Part shown: positions 41,386-56,110 of the stretch, one piece after another
How positions within the stretch are numbered: the stretch's first letter is position 1
Layout: each line of letters opens with the position of its first letter
Assembly (NCBI RefSeq): GCF_009914755.1
Contig: NC_060931.1
DNA from: the human T2T-CHM13v2.0 reference genome, Homo sapiens
Reading direction: 5' to 3' (one strand)
DNA length: 64,000 bases
The notes under the pieces: model-generated
What the model was told of the DNA's origin: nothing
What the model saw: only the letters and a program-made list of their open reading frames with translations
The model's database searches: none
Made by a program: the position numbers and the translations under genes

Positions 41386-42332
41386 TTGGAAACTCTGAGA
41401 TTCATGCTTTTTCTTGAAAGAATTAGAAAAAGTTTTATGAAGTTTAGAAAATGAGTCACTGCTCCAATTTTTAAAAAAAAAAGATTTAGTTTGCAAGGAC
41501 AACCACATGGATGCAAACAGGCTCACAAAATGAATGGTCCTTTACATTATATACTTATCAAGGGGCAGAATGTACAGATTATGACATGCCATGGTTTGAG
41601 GTCAACTGGTTTTCTCTGTTTCAAAATGCTGACATTCTTTCCATAATAATAAGAGCTGCTTTGACGCCTAGAAGCCTCCTGGGCACTCTGACTGCAGGCC
41701 ATGAGGAGGGGGAGATACAAGGGCAGGTTCTCTTCTAGCAGGCTCCTGCTCGTGGGCAGGGCACACAGCAAACTGTGTCTTTGTTCCTTTCCCCACAAAA
41801 CTGGAGAACAGATCTATCATTCCAGTTTGTCTTAATACTGACTCAACAATAAGTGGTACTGAAATGCTGAGAGGGCAGTTTGGACTTTTCTAGTTACAGC
41901 ATCAGAAGGAAGCACTATATGAGCACACAAACCCTTCAACATTGTCCTTATGGAAACAGGGAAGCAGAAGCTGTTTCAGTCTGCACCTTCTCCTCAGGGG
42001 AAAATTTTCTTTTTTAGCCTGAGGCCAGTTGACTCTATTTCAGCCTGTGTCTAATTCCTCTTCCTAGCTATCGACAATAAATACTTAAAATTCACACGGT
42101 TTATTTAGATAAATAAAATTGTTGGTTTTATTTGTTGACATGAATTAATCTCTCTCTACATGAGCAACATCATGCTGATTGAAGATAAATTACAGGTGCT
42201 GATCCAGAATAATTAAAAAGTGCAAAGATGTAAACTTCTTAAATTTTACTCAGATTTTTAAAATGTTATCACAGAAAATTCTACTGGACAGTACTGTAAT
42301 GTAACATTACATTGTATTACAGTATATTACAA

Positions 42333-42533
42333 TGTTGTCCAGTAGGCTTTCCTGTGATAATGTAAATGTTTGTGTTTGTGTGTATGTGTGTGTGTGTATG
42401 TGTGCGGACTGAGCACTTGAAATGGGGCTAGTGTGACTAAGGAATTAAATTGAATTTTAAAATTTTACTTATTTCTACTTAATTCAAATTTAAATAGCTA
42501 CCTGTGGCTAGTGGCTAATATACTGGACAGTAG
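42333..42533. mobile_element. MER3/MER33-like hAT-Charlie MITE with an internal TG run
   Basis: tgtccagtag...tttcctgtgataatgtaaatgtt...gagcacttgaaatggggctagtgtgactaagg...gtggctagtggctaatatactggacag. Confidence 0.75.
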
Positions 42534-43134
42534 TTTTAGAGAGACAGGTGTTCAACTTAGACACCTACCACTAGACAAAAACCATCCTCAAAGCACAAAA
42601 CTAAATAAAGCCAAACAAATAGTTTGGGATCATTTTCCTGATTACCCCCAGGGGTAATGATTATATGGTGACTTTGTTAAGGACAAAAGTAGCTGTGATA
42701 TTGTACAAACAGTTCTTGCATAATAGGTCTTCCAATGCAAGACCAACAGAAGAGAACTCCCATGTAAAGGACTTAGCATCATTATGACAAAAACATTAAC
42801 TGATACAGGAATGGCAAAAATGTAAACATAGGAGCACCCAGCTGCCATCAGCATGTGCATGATGTGACACGCAGAACTCTGTGGATGCCAAATCCCCACT
42901 CCTCCCCAGTGTACGGCTTTGTTTATAGTGGAACAAAAACAGCCGGTCACAAACCTAAAGTAGTATATGTTTCACGCACAATGTTACTGCCTGTTAGTGT
43001 ATTTCTCCATCAGTGAAGGAGGAACAGGGCATTATGTAGCTGCCTCATCAGCTATATCCTGGTGGGTATAAGCAGCAAATGTGCCTCCCTTATTCCTGTA
43101 TTATTAGCGTTCTAGCACTCTAAAAGTCATATGG

Positions 43135-43455
<321 letters not shown>

Positions 43456-44342
43456 CTATATGGGAGTAGGAAGTTGAGATCAGAGAAAAGAGGGGCATAT
43501 GCAATAGGTAATGTCAATACTCTCTATAGGAAAGAGGGAAAAACGACTCTCGTGCTACATTGTTGCACTGACCTTGGCTGTCCCTATAATGTCCTTAGGG
43601 GAAAGGAATAACACAAAGATTAATGTGATCATTTGTCATTTTATAGCCATAACCTGAACAACATAAAGCCTTATTCATCATGGACAGACTAGAGGACCCT
43701 GAAATATACAAGGTCTATTTCAAACTGGAAGGTCTTGGCCCACCTCACTGATCTACTGTGGCCCCGAGTTGGGATTGCAGCAGTGGTCTATGTGTGCCAA
43801 AGGAAAGACACACACGTTTATCAGGAGTGAGTGTTTTTGTATTTTTTTTCACTAGTCCAACATCTCCCAGAAATTCACAGACAGAGTGAGGAAGTGGGGA
43901 GCAAGGAAGCGGGGAGACACTGTTTGAAAAGTATCACCAGAGACAAAAAGGATGAGTTTATCACATACGTGTAAAATAAATGCATAAATTTAAATTGAAG
44001 TCACAGCCCCTGAAATACTGGCAGAAGAAAGGAGAATGAAGATATGAGGATCAAGCTGTGCTCGGTGGTGACCTTGCCAACAAGAACACATGAGTTAACG
44101 TGGCAGAAAAGCAACCCCCACCCCAGGAACACTGGCTGTGAGCCCTGCGACGGCACCCTTTCTCATTCACTGAGTTGCACCAAAGTGGACACGGGTTTTC
44201 TTGACCTTATTTTCTATGTTGATGAAACACTTGTCGCTAATTACACTTTCAAAAGTAGAGAGATTCATCATTTACATTTCACGATATATGTAATTGTTTT
44301 AGTGTATTCTTGACAGCCCTATTTTGTTAAAGAGAGTTACAT

Positions 44343-44580
44343 GGCCGGGCATGGTGGCTCACACCTGTAATCCCAGCACTTTGGGAGGCTGTGGCAGGTG
44401 GATCACTTGAGCTCAGGAGTTTGAGACCAACCTGGGCACATGGAAAAACCCCGTCTCTACGAAAAAAAAAAAAAATACAAAAACCATCCCACCACTGCAC
44501 TCCAACTCCAACTTTGGCTGTTTGAGTGAGACTCTGTTTTTCTGACTTTTGAAAAAAAAAAAAAAAAGAAGAGAGAGAAA
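44343..44580 (+). mobile_element. Alu (J-like) with most of the right monomer deleted
   Basis: Intact left monomer and A-linker, jumps to ccactgcactcca...gagtgagactctg, then A-tail; flanks aagagagttacat / gagtgttacat. Confidence 0.85.
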
Positions 44581-45638
44581 GAAAGAGTGAGTGTTACATA
44601 TGCACTGGGAATTTGAGTTTCATAATTTTACATTTCACTGTAAAGGAATATTCAGAGCCATGGTTTTTTTTTAAACCCAGTTTGTATGGGGCACATTGTA
44701 GTGATGAATTAAATATTTCCATATTAACCCTACTGCTGCTGGTAGGCACTGATTTCTCTTAGTTGAATTCTGATTTCTTTCTTTCCTGTGCTAATCTGCA
44801 GGAGCCCATCAGCCCAAAACAGAGTTGCTCAACTGCCCTGTGAGTGATGCCACAGTTACAGCTGAATGTCTTTGGGCCCGGTCAGCTGTAATTCCAGGTA
44901 GGGACTGGGAATATGTATGGAAAAGATGCAGGCTCTATCAGAAGACAGTAGAAATGGGTCATTAGTGACCAGACGTTCACTTCCAAAATCTGAGACATCC
45001 TGAACATCCTGAGAACATCGTTCTTTATGTTCTAATGCCCATGAGCCTCATTTCCAACTGTAAAGCCTTTACACTGGCTGTTCCCTTGGCCTGGAATATT
45101 CACTAACTCCTCATGGCTGCTTTCTTTGTAACATTCAAGTCTCAGCGTCAATGTAACCTCTTCAGAGAAGCTCTCCTGGGCCACTCACAATCTAAACTAG
45201 CCCCCACACTCTGGAATATCACTTGGATTCAGTTCTGCGCATCACATTTTCTGATACATGATATTTTCTTCTTTGCATGTATGTTTATTTGTTCATTGCC
45301 TATCTCCATGCACTTGAAGCAAGCCCCATTTGAGCTGTATATGTAGTTCATTATCGTGTCCACATTGCTGGGAACAGTGCCAGTCACCTAAAAAATGGCT
45401 GCATACATATCTGGTGCCCTCACAGTGTTCACTGTGGCAGGTTCAGGAGGCCTGCTCTCCGCAGACAATGCCGGGAGCCTCCTCTCACTCCAGTCCCTTC
45501 TCCCTTCCAATTACCACTAAATAAAGAAACAACAGCAGCAAGAGTGGGCAATAGAACTGTCTTGTCTCAGCTAAAAGCCATAAGAAAGCCTAAGTCTAAG
45601 ATCATCTGATGGATGATCCTGTACTGTGTTAACTGAGT

Positions 45639-46086
45639 CCAGCAGTTCTCGTCCCTGTGCCCCAAGCATCTTATTAAAGGCTGCCAGGCAGCTGTACTCA
45701 GTTGCATATTAAAAATCACCTGCATTTAAGAATTAGTGGTGCCCCAGAAAGCAGAGGAGTGGCTGCCAGGGCCAGGTGTTGGGGGAAAGGATGGCAAAGC
45801 GGCCACACAGGAGGTTTTGGAGTGATGCAAATGGTCAGATCTTGACTGTGGAGTCGGCCGTATGAATGGATGCCTACGCGCATGTCAAAATGCAGAGAAC
45901 TGTACTCAAAAGGGGAAATTCTACTATGTGTAAATTATATCTCAATAAACTTCATTACAATGATATACTAATGTCTGGGCCTATCCCAGACGAATTAAAT
46001 CAGAAAATCAGAGTGTGAGCCAGAACATGAACATTATCCGAAAGGTTCCCGGTGAATCTAATGTGCAGGCAGGATGGAGACCAACG
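45639..46086. mobile_element. MER5-like MITE apparently interrupted by an L1M 3' fragment (~45730-45960)
   Basis: aaaatcacctg ... aattaaatcagaa...ccggtgaatctaatgtgcagg flank tgtgtaaattatatctcaataaa. Confidence 0.55.
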
Positions 46087-46165
46087 AGAGTTTGGAACTT
46101 GTGGCAGCAAGACAGTCACACAGAGCAGGGAGCCCAGCACACAAGGAACTGGGGCCAAAGGCTAG

Positions 46166-46237
46166 CTTTGCTGCCTGCTTTAGATCAAGAACTCAGGCGT
46201 CCTTTGCTGCCTGCTTTAGATCAAGAACTCGGGGGTC
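46166..46237. repeat. 36-bp tandem duplication (2 copies)
   Basis: ctttgctgcctgctttagatcaagaactcaggcgtc / ctttgctgcctgctttagatcaagaactcgggggtc. Confidence 0.92.
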
Positions 46238-47474
46238 CTCAGGTTCATGAGCCAAGTTCCTCTGTCTCTTTATAATGGTGATGCCATCTCCATTCCCCAA
46301 GACTTGAAATAATGAAGTAGTCTTTTTTATACATGTCAGACAGACTCAACGAGGAGGAGGGTGAAGCATGAGATGTTTATTTATAAGGGAAAAGCTCTAG
46401 AGCCCACTCATTTTAAAAAACTATTACAACAAACAGGTTTGTTTTTATTTTTGTACAAAACAAAATACAGCAAAAAGGCTATGCTCCGGCTAGGTGTGAA
46501 AATGCTCAATGAGGGATGGATTGACAACTCTGTCACAGCCAGAGGGTGAGGGTCCTTACTAGTCAGCAGGGACTATGATTGTAATGGCCACTCCTCTCTT
46601 TCAGATCACATGGAAGACTCAGAGCAGCCAACCCACATGAAAGTCATCTGTAAACTGTATCCCATTAAAAAAGCTAATGTGAGTGTACACTTCCTGCACT
46701 AAGTACTTCACATGTGTTATATACTAATACTCACAACATTCTAGGTCTGCACTATTATTGTCTTCAGTTAAAAATGAGGCAGCTGTAGCTTTCCCACCAT
46801 CTCCACATTACCAAATCCAGGGGTGCCTGGTAAGTCACCATCTCACTCGCCCAACACGGTGTTTGAGGTGGTGACCAGCCCTCCCCATGTGGACGGCACT
46901 CTCTCTCAGCTCTCCCTATGATGGGTGCCTGCTTCACTGTCTCCCCCTCCTATTCTTAATGTCCAAACCTGGAGGTCAGTCTGCTGGTCTTTGCTCCAAC
47001 ACCTGTTCTCACTCTCTGGGTGATGAACTCTTACCCAGTCTCCTGGCTCCTCCCTCTTTCTGCAGCGAGATGCATGGTTCCAACTATCTGCATTCTCATG
47101 TCTCACAGAAATCTCAAATGTAACATCCAAGCCTGGATGTTTGTTTGGCTTCCATCCTCAAGTCCTCCCCTTCCCTAGTCTTCCCTTCTTTAATAAAGTA
47201 TGAATTAGAGAAGTAATGTTAGCAGCTATGTGCTGTCACTTGCTGTGGCTGCTGTGGGCTATTTATTTTTTAATTTCCACGCTAGGTGTTGCCTATGTTT
47301 TGCTTAGATAAAGTGGCTATACAGCTAAGCTCTGGGATGGAGGTTAATATTACTACGCCGGTATGAAGCTATGAATGCTTTACTAGCATCGTCAATAGAG
47401 ACCCTTAGAAAGAGTAACTACTTTTACACACAGACGCATACTACCAGTAAAGACTGAATCCAGACCACCTGGAA

Positions 47475-47730
47475 TAGAAATCAATGACCAAATGCAATGT
47501 GGTATTGTGGGTGGAATCCTGGAATACAAAAAGGACATCAGATAAAAACTAAGGATATCTGAATAATGTATGGACTTCAGCTACTATTACTATTACTAAT
47601 GGTAATGAATATAATACACTGCTGTAAGATGTTAATAACAGGAGAAATGATGCAGGGGACATGGGAACTCAGTGTGCTCTCTTTGTGTTTTTCTTGAACT
47701 GGACTGAAAAACAAACTTTCACTAAAAAAC
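47475..47730 (+). mobile_element. L1MC/ME 3' UTR fragment
   Basis: aaatgcaatgtggtattgtgggtggaatcctggaa...taagatgttaataacaggagaaa...atgggaactc. Confidence 0.65.
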
Positions 47731-50417
47731 CTTTTAGTGGTATAAGATTCTGAGGATTTGCATTATCTGCCTGTTGCCCAGAACTTATATGGCATGTTAT
47801 TATTATTTTAAAAAACTTCTCTTTTTCTCCCAAATCACAATAGTTCAAAAACTTTCTAAAAATGTTTCTCCTTTGCTCACTTCTTTTGCTCAGCAGCAAC
47901 TTCTCTTTCCTCTTTTCTCTACTAAATTTTAGTAGAGAGGAAGTAAAAATACCACTTATTTGAACTTGGGAGGAAGAAGAGGTTTTTTAAAAAAATATAT
48001 ATTTATGCAGTGCCTCATTCCACAAAGGAATTAAGAGAAAAGGAAAATAGTTAAATACATCTTCCTTTTCCCAGATTCCCTAAAATAGTCTAGGATTATG
48101 AAACAGTCTATATTTCTATGATGGAAAGTATCTTTCATGCAATGCTTCAGAGTTAACAAAGCATTTCCCCACAGCTTACCACACATTATCTAGATAACAA
48201 CCACTATGAGGTTTAGAATTATCCCTATCTCATAGGCTCTGAGAGGCGAAGGATAGCCTTCCTAGGTAGGCAGAGCTGTCTGCTTCCTGCAAATCCCGTG
48301 ATTGCTCCTCCACCCAGCTGGCCCTTGAGCCCAGGCTGTCTCATGGGAGGCAGGCTTGAATGGATTAAGCCCACAGAAGCAACTTGCCAAAATCTAAATC
48401 AATCCTAAGTTTATAATCACCATATCCACCTTTACCTACACACAATCTTCCTGCTTCCTGAATATAAATAAGCCAAGAAAGAGTCAGTTGATCTTTCACT
48501 GTTGCCTATAACAAATTTTTTCTTGACTCCTTTTAAAATTATAGAGAATATGTATAACTATCCAGTAATTATTATGCACAATTTCAATAGACTAACTCAG
48601 GGCTGGCCTCTGAAAGAGAGAAACTGCTTTTCTACACATATAAGTAAGTCAGAACATCTCAGATGACACTGCCAGAAACATCAAGCATCATTTTGCTCAT
48701 AAGGAATCCCAAGATACTAGTCCTCAGTAATGAGAAAAAAAGCCCAGGCCTCTGCCCAGTGGTCTTCCTGTAAAAGAACGACAGTGTGGAACTGACCCAC
48801 TTGGAGCTACTTTTCAGGCTTTGAGTTGGCCAAAGAAAGAACCCCAGTATGCTTTCTTTCTTTAGACCAGCAGTTTACATTTTATATTTTGATATTTTGC
48901 AATCATTGGTGAATCAAACACGGGAATGAGAATGATGAAAACAAAACAAAACAAAAAGAAATCAAAGTATGAGACAAATCAAAGAATGAAGGAAATGTCT
49001 GCCGTTAATCTTAATTCTCTGAAACTCATGGAGGGATCAAGGGGAAGGCCACAATGTGTATCTTGCATCAGATTTTCTTAGGTCAAGAAGGGGCATCTTT
49101 GAAAGATCAAGGGAGTTTCTGGAGCAAAATAACAGCTAACACAAATTCACCTTCTGATTTTTTCTTAAGGGAACCTGGGAATGCTAAGTGATTCCAGTAC
49201 AAAGAACAAAGGGGTTTTCAAATCCTTTTCAAGCTTGTGAAAGGCACTGGGAGACACTGGAACAACTCACTATGTGCTTGCTAATGAAATAGAAATTTTC
49301 CCTCTATGTTTACAAGCCAGATTCACTGATAAGAAAATTATGATTTAGGATCACAATTTTCCAAATATTATACTTTTTAGAAAGATGTCATAGTTGGTCT
49401 TAGGTAGTCACTGTTGTTGCTTATTTAACTTGTAAAGGAGAAAGAGAAAGAGCTGAACCAAAATGAATGTCTACAGGCATAGAGCTATGGCTGGCTCACC
49501 TTTCTGTCCCCACCCTATAGCACTTTGTCTGTAATACAAGTTTGTTGAATACAAATGACCTGGCATTTCATTTTATAGGCCAATTTAACAGAATAGCTTG
49601 TTAAATCAGAAATAGCTCATTAATCGGTGTTCCTTCCTGTCTCTGCCTTTCCTTCTCTCTCTATAGCTGGTGTTTGCTTTAAAACACCTAAGCAAGACAG
49701 CTGGGCTGACCACAACAGTGGATTCAGGTTCAAAACTGGACTGACATGACACCTTGGCCCCAGTTAAGGCTGGGCTCATTTCGGCTTACAAGCACGAGAG
49801 ATATGTAAGGGAGGACTAATGCCCAGCAGGGCAGGTTCAGCTACTCCAGCGTCACCTGTTCCCCATAGAATCAATACATTAACATTCCAGATCTTTTTGA
49901 GTAAGGAAATTCTGGCTGCAACACAGTTGCCACCTCTTTTCCTGACTGGGTCGTTGGGCTTATTCTAGTTAAATGCCATAAAGCGTAACCATGGCTTGTC
50001 ACTACAAACGTGTCTGAATTGTGGCTAAACAGACTGTGTATGCATTGGAAAGGCTTTTCCCTAAATAAAGTATATAATTTTTAGTACATAAATTATCTCT
50101 TTGTCAGCAAGAGATCTTTGTGCATTCAGTTGAGCCTATCAGATAAGTATCTCCAGGAAAGAATTCATACAGTACAGACTAGTTTTCTCTTTCCCAATTT
50201 TCCTAGTAAAAAAAATTGTGACAGTTTTTTTTTTGAAAAAACGTATTTTAAAATTAAAAAAACCCTGCTTTCTTTGATTAGAATATGTCAGTACCTTAAA
50301 TATTTACAATCATGGTTTATCTGAAAAATCATTCCACTCTTATCATAAATCATTGGTTTGCCTTGTAGAACTAAATCTTCACATCTTGAAATTTACAACA
50401 AAACAGTATTGATTTAA

Positions 50418-50638
50418 GCTAGGGTTTCTCAACATCAGTACTATTAGTGTCTGGAGCTGGTTAATTCTTTGTTGAGAGGGAGGCTTGTCCTGTGCATTGA
50501 AGGGTGTTTAGCAGCATTCCTGGCCTCTCCCCACTGAATGCCAGTAGCACCCCCACAAGTTGGGACAACCAAAAGTGTCTCCAGACACTGCCAAATGTGC
50601 CCTGGGGCACAAAACCAACACTCACTGAGAGTCACTAA
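50418..50638. mobile_element. MER20 (hAT-Charlie MITE)
   Basis: gtttctcaac...tgtcctgtgcattgaagggtgtttagcagcattcctggcctctccccactgaatgccagtagcac...gtctccagacactgccaaatgtgccctgggg. Confidence 0.88.
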
Positions 50639-51811
50639 TTTACACAGTAAAATCTAGCATAAAAATCTATTTTACCAATTACGCACTTATAAAATAAATT
50701 CCCTTAAATTATAAAAAATAAGGCAACCAGTTACATTATATAACTGATTCCAATTCTTTCATAAGACAGCAAATGAAAGAGGATTCCTGTGCATTTGCAT
50801 AATCATTATGACTATTCTGTGACTTTAAATGCTGAACAAGACTCTGACTCCTTGGTACCAGAGAGTAGAAGCCTCTGTTTTGAGATCTGTTCCCCCACCT
50901 AACCCACAGGCAACTCTAAAGCGAAAACATGGATCGTTTATTTTATTCAGGGCAAATAAACCAAACAAGTAAACAATGTATATTTGAGCGTTCTCATGGA
51001 AAGACTTAGCCTAAACACTTGTTTAAACACGTTTCATGAGACAATCTTCAGAGTGATTCCTTTAACATTTTCAAGATGTTTTCTTATGTATTACCTTAGC
51101 TCAAAATCACAAAGCCAATGTCCTTTAAAAGACTTAAAAACAGGGCCTAGGTACCTGCAGTAACCTATTTGGATAGTTAAAGTTCAGTTGACTCAGAATA
51201 TCCTGTATTTGCTGAAAGGGGTTGAATTACATTTCTTGATGTGGGCAGCTTTTTATCTCTTTCACAGACATGAAAACAGAATGGAAATGGCGATTCCCAA
51301 TGAGTTTAGGGGAAGTGACGTGGTGAGGGAGACCCACTGGGAAAGCAAGCCCTTGCTTTCTTTTTGATTCATAACTTGGTAGAATTTATAATTATTTAAT
51401 TTCTTTTTAACTTGTTTTCTCTGTCTTCCCACTGGAATGGGAAGGCCATGTTTTAAGAGCGACCACCCTGTTAATGTTTGTCTTGTTAAGGGATAAACAT
51501 TAAGCACCTAATGTACCACCTTGGACTCAGGACACAGCTGGCACTGAGTCGGGTGTGGGGAGAGGGTCACTGCCTGCAACCGAGCAGGGACAGTGCCGCT
51601 TTGGGACTCCCCAGGCCCTTTCCCCAAAGGGCCCCTGGTTCAGCTCTTGGGCCGGGATTCTTCTCTGACCATACCAGCTCCCAAGGAAAAGCTATTCTGC
51701 TACAGAAAGGATTCTGCTTGGTGACCCTTCGAAACCAATTAAAACTATGTGATGCGTCCAGCTCTCTTCTCCTTTTGCATTTCAGCTTTTCCCTTCCAAA
51801 GGAAACCATGG

Positions 51812-51976
51812 GCAAAAATGTGAAAGGTGCAGAGCTGCTCTGCCCCAAATGTGGCTTCTTCTTGGGAGCCTGCTGTATCCTTCTCTCTAGGACAACTAGA
51901 TAAACCAGAGGCTCAGGTCAGAGCCTTTTTTTGTCATATTCGTTCATGGGATTCAAAGAAAGCTGCCCTCTGTAGG
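51812..51976 (+). repeat. Copy 1 of a ~165-bp local direct duplication
   Basis: Near-identical to 54140-54305. Confidence 0.95.
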
Positions 51977-52103
51977 CTTTCTTCAGGAGGAGAGGGGTCC
52001 ATCACAGATTTCCTATGAAGGTGGAAGACTTCCAGAGGCAAATGATATCCAGGTGTTTGAGAGCTGTAAAACTGATTGGCAGAAATAAAAATTTACTCCC
52101 CAG

Positions 52104-52739
<636 letters not shown>

Positions 52740-52854
52740 CCCAGTTCTATTTCTTAATAGTGCAAATCATAGCCTTGAAAGAAAACCAAGAATTAGCCAT
52801 TCCCCTGCTATGGTGCACAAGCCTTACAACAACTCTGCAAGGGAGTGCACGCAA

Positions 52855-52948
52855 ATCTGGGGACCTAAAAAACAGCATGGAGACTACTGTCAATAGTATT
52901 GTATTGTATGCTGGAAATTTGCTAAGAGAGTAGATTTTAGGTGCTCTG

Positions 52949-53008
<60 letters not shown>

Positions 53009-53122
53009 AACTATGTGAAATAAGCCAAACTGGCTTGACTGTAGAAATCATTTCACTATGTATATGTATTTCAAAACATCATGTGGTACACCTTAAATAC
53101 ATACAATTACCAAAAAAAAAAA
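52855..53122 (+). mobile_element. L1MA/MB 3' end containing a CA repeat
   Basis: ttgctaagagagtagattttaggtgctct...ggtaactatgtga...aaaacatcatgtggtacaccttaaatacatacaat. Confidence 0.75.
52951..53002. repeat. (CA)26 microsatellite
   Basis: Perfect run. Confidence 0.95.
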
Positions 53123-54139
53123 CCCTATTTGATAGATGTAGAAGCCAAGTTCAAAGGTTTTTTTTTTTTTAATCACAACCTTATCTGCACTTCAGTGAAA
53201 GACATGTCAAACATTTGTTCCTAATATTTAGTCTGCTCCAACCAAGGCTAATGACCATCCAAGGAGACAATTTAACCACAGAAGATAACAAATATGGAAG
53301 GCATCATGGTTTATTCTAAGGGCTTCAGACAGGATGCCCTGTCATAAACTATGGTATTTCCCATAAGAATTCTTTCTTTGACGTGTTCAGCTTCCTTCCT
53401 TTTTGGGTAAATGCATAGTAATTGATCTGAGCCATTCTGTGAAACAAATGACTGGATATTGTTTTTGTTCAGAATAGATATAAGTAGCATCAAAACTTTG
53501 GAAAGAACTGCAGTGCTAGAAGAAATGAGAAGTGATAAAAAATGAACCGTGTCTACTTGGCCTCTTATGCATGTTGGGTGAGATGATAATAAGAGCTTTG
53601 CAAATGTACACTGGGTCACTTTAGCTCTGAAGAATATTTTACTCAGGATAAAAAGGTTTTAAACTATTCAATAAATGGGCTGCTTCTTTAGTGACTCTTC
53701 CTAATTTGGATAATTTTTGTAAGACTAATAAATCTTAACCTGAGTTTGACCAGATATTAAAAGACTGGCTTAAATTATGAGACAGTATGAATTATTTCAC
53801 TTTCCAAGTTCTTTCTGTGAAATATTAATCACAGAATCTCACCTGATGAATTCTGAGGATTAAATGTTTCACTTGCTATGTTTCCTGAAACTTTGTTTTT
53901 ATTTACCCTTATACTTAAAGGTGTTTTTTTTTTTGTCTCTCTTTCTACCAAACTCACATGAACTGTGGAAAGCATTTACTAACTACATAATTGGGTGTAA
54001 CACTGTTCTATAAATTACAACTAGTTAGCTACTTTAAATGAATCCTTTCCTCAAGGAATTTTGCTATTAAAATCTGGCTATATAATTTATGAAACTTAAA
54101 TGGTTTGTCTTCTGTGCAGGTTTTTATAAAAGCTAATCT

Positions 54140-54305
54140 GCAAATATGTGAAAGGTGCAGAGCTGCTCTGCCCCAAATGTGGCTTCTTCTTGGGAGCCTG
54201 CTGTATCCTTCTCTCTAGGACAATTAGATAAACCAGAGGCTCAGGTCAGAAGACTTTTTTTGTCATATTTGTTCATGGGATTCAAAGAAAGCTGCCCTCT
54301 GTAGG
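54140..54305 (+). repeat. Copy 2 of a ~165-bp local direct duplication
   Basis: Near-identical to 51812-51976 (about 5 differences). Confidence 0.95.
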
Positions 54306-55624
54306 GCAGAGGTCATTAAACAGCAGAGGTTCTCAGACCTTTCATTCCCTTATGATCCATGTTTTTCATTTCCTTTAGCATCTCTTTTTCTTCCTTTTAA
54401 TTCTGAGATCTCCAAGATGCTTTCACTTCGCTCAATCCCAGTTGCCTGGGCTCTTGGGAAGCAATGCTCACACCAGTGAATTTCTGTCTGTTGAAACCCC
54501 ACAGAAGGGCAGAAGCACCTTTCCCTGCTAGCCCAGCAGTGTTCTCCTCTTATCAGGAGAATATGACTGCCTACTCCAGACAGGCCAAGTTCATCCGATC
54601 TCTGCTTTTGTTGTCAAGTTATTCCTGTTGTCATTTGGTGACATTTACTCAAAGCTATTTCATTTCATGCAAAGCCATGTTAGTTTAAAGAACTGCTATC
54701 TCCAGCCATCAAGAACAGTGCTTTGTATGTATTAGAGAAATAAAAAACATTTAAAAATTCCAATTTTTGTATTTATTCTATCAGAGCTCTCATCGAACCC
54801 TTAAGGCCCTCTTTCTCAGGCTGCAACCCACCATATCCAATATTTGCCTTCATATCTAAGTCTACTAAGATTCAATGAATGTATACCATGGGACGACTCT
54901 GGAAGTTATAGAAGACGCAACTGTTTAATAAGTCAATATAGACCTATGAATGTGATGTTTCACCTGCCACACAGCTCCTTATCCAAATCTCAAACCTCTT
55001 GCATAACTCATCTTTCTTGAGAGAGAGGTCACTGAATGGGGAATCAAAGTAGTCACGGTACCAGCTGGAATTAGCAAAGGCAGCAGAATTATCAGATAAA
55101 CAGGCAAGAGGTGCAACCTGAATTGCTGCAGGGTAGGGATAAGGTTAGGGCCAACCTTAGCCTGGGAGGAAGCCCAAAGGCCCAGCCTCCGTTCAGCACC
55201 AAGGAGAGCACCAACCCCCCAGGTCGTGTTTGTCTGAGGCTCCCTAATGATGCAATCTGTCTCTTCCATAAAGAAAGCCTGATAGCAGTGTCTGTGATTT
55301 ACAGAATGTTCAGCAGATGTCTTGGGGTTGGGTGGGTGTCAGGCAGAAAGAATCCAGTTCTCTGCTTTTATATCCCTGAAAGTACTTTTGTCAGATTATT
55401 CCTCTAAGAACCTGCATTCATTTCCAGACATGGACAAAACACATTTAAAAAAGTCTTTAGGTTATTTATTTTGTGAGAAGTTAGTACATATGCACATGGC
55501 CAAAAATCAAAAGACAAAAAGGAAACTCTAACTTGAATCATAGCAATGTCCATGAAAGACTGCCATGTAATTTTGGTTACACAAGAGAAGTGCCCCACAA
55601 CTTTGCAGGGCATTTTCATTTGTT

Positions 55625-55628
<4 letters not shown>

Positions 55629-55676
<48 letters not shown>
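55629..55676. repeat. (CA)24 microsatellite
   Basis: Perfect run. Confidence 0.95.
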
Positions 55677-55680
<4 letters not shown>

Positions 55681-55809
55681 ACAACAACAACAAAAGACTA
55701 TTGTCTGGTTTCCTAACAATTCCAAACATTGGTCCTGATTTATCTTCTAGAGTTATATGCAGTAAGTCAAATATCTTTTCACTTGATGATTATTGAAATA
55801 CTTGAAGAG

Positions 55810-56110
55810 AGTTCATGTGTTTCCTCTTAAACTTCCCTACTCAAGGCTAATCATACCCCATTTCATCGACTGTTGCTTCCAGACATCATTACCTTCTTCT
55901 GGATGTGTTCTTGTGCCCCAGAATGATTCCTAATATTCCAGATATTATCTGAGGCAAGTATATTTATCACGGGACTATTAACTCCCTCCTTGGATCTGGA
56001 AACTATATTTTTGTGAGTGTAGCCGGATACTGCACTGGTTTTACTTAGCAGTCATTTACCATGGCTTAGATTGACAGGGTTGTCAACAAAAATGCTTAAG
56101 TCCTTTCTCC
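55810..56110 (-). mobile_element. Possible CR1/L3 fragment
   Basis: gtgccccagaatgattcctaatattccagat...gggactattaactccctccttggatctggaaactatat resembles L3. Confidence 0.45.
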
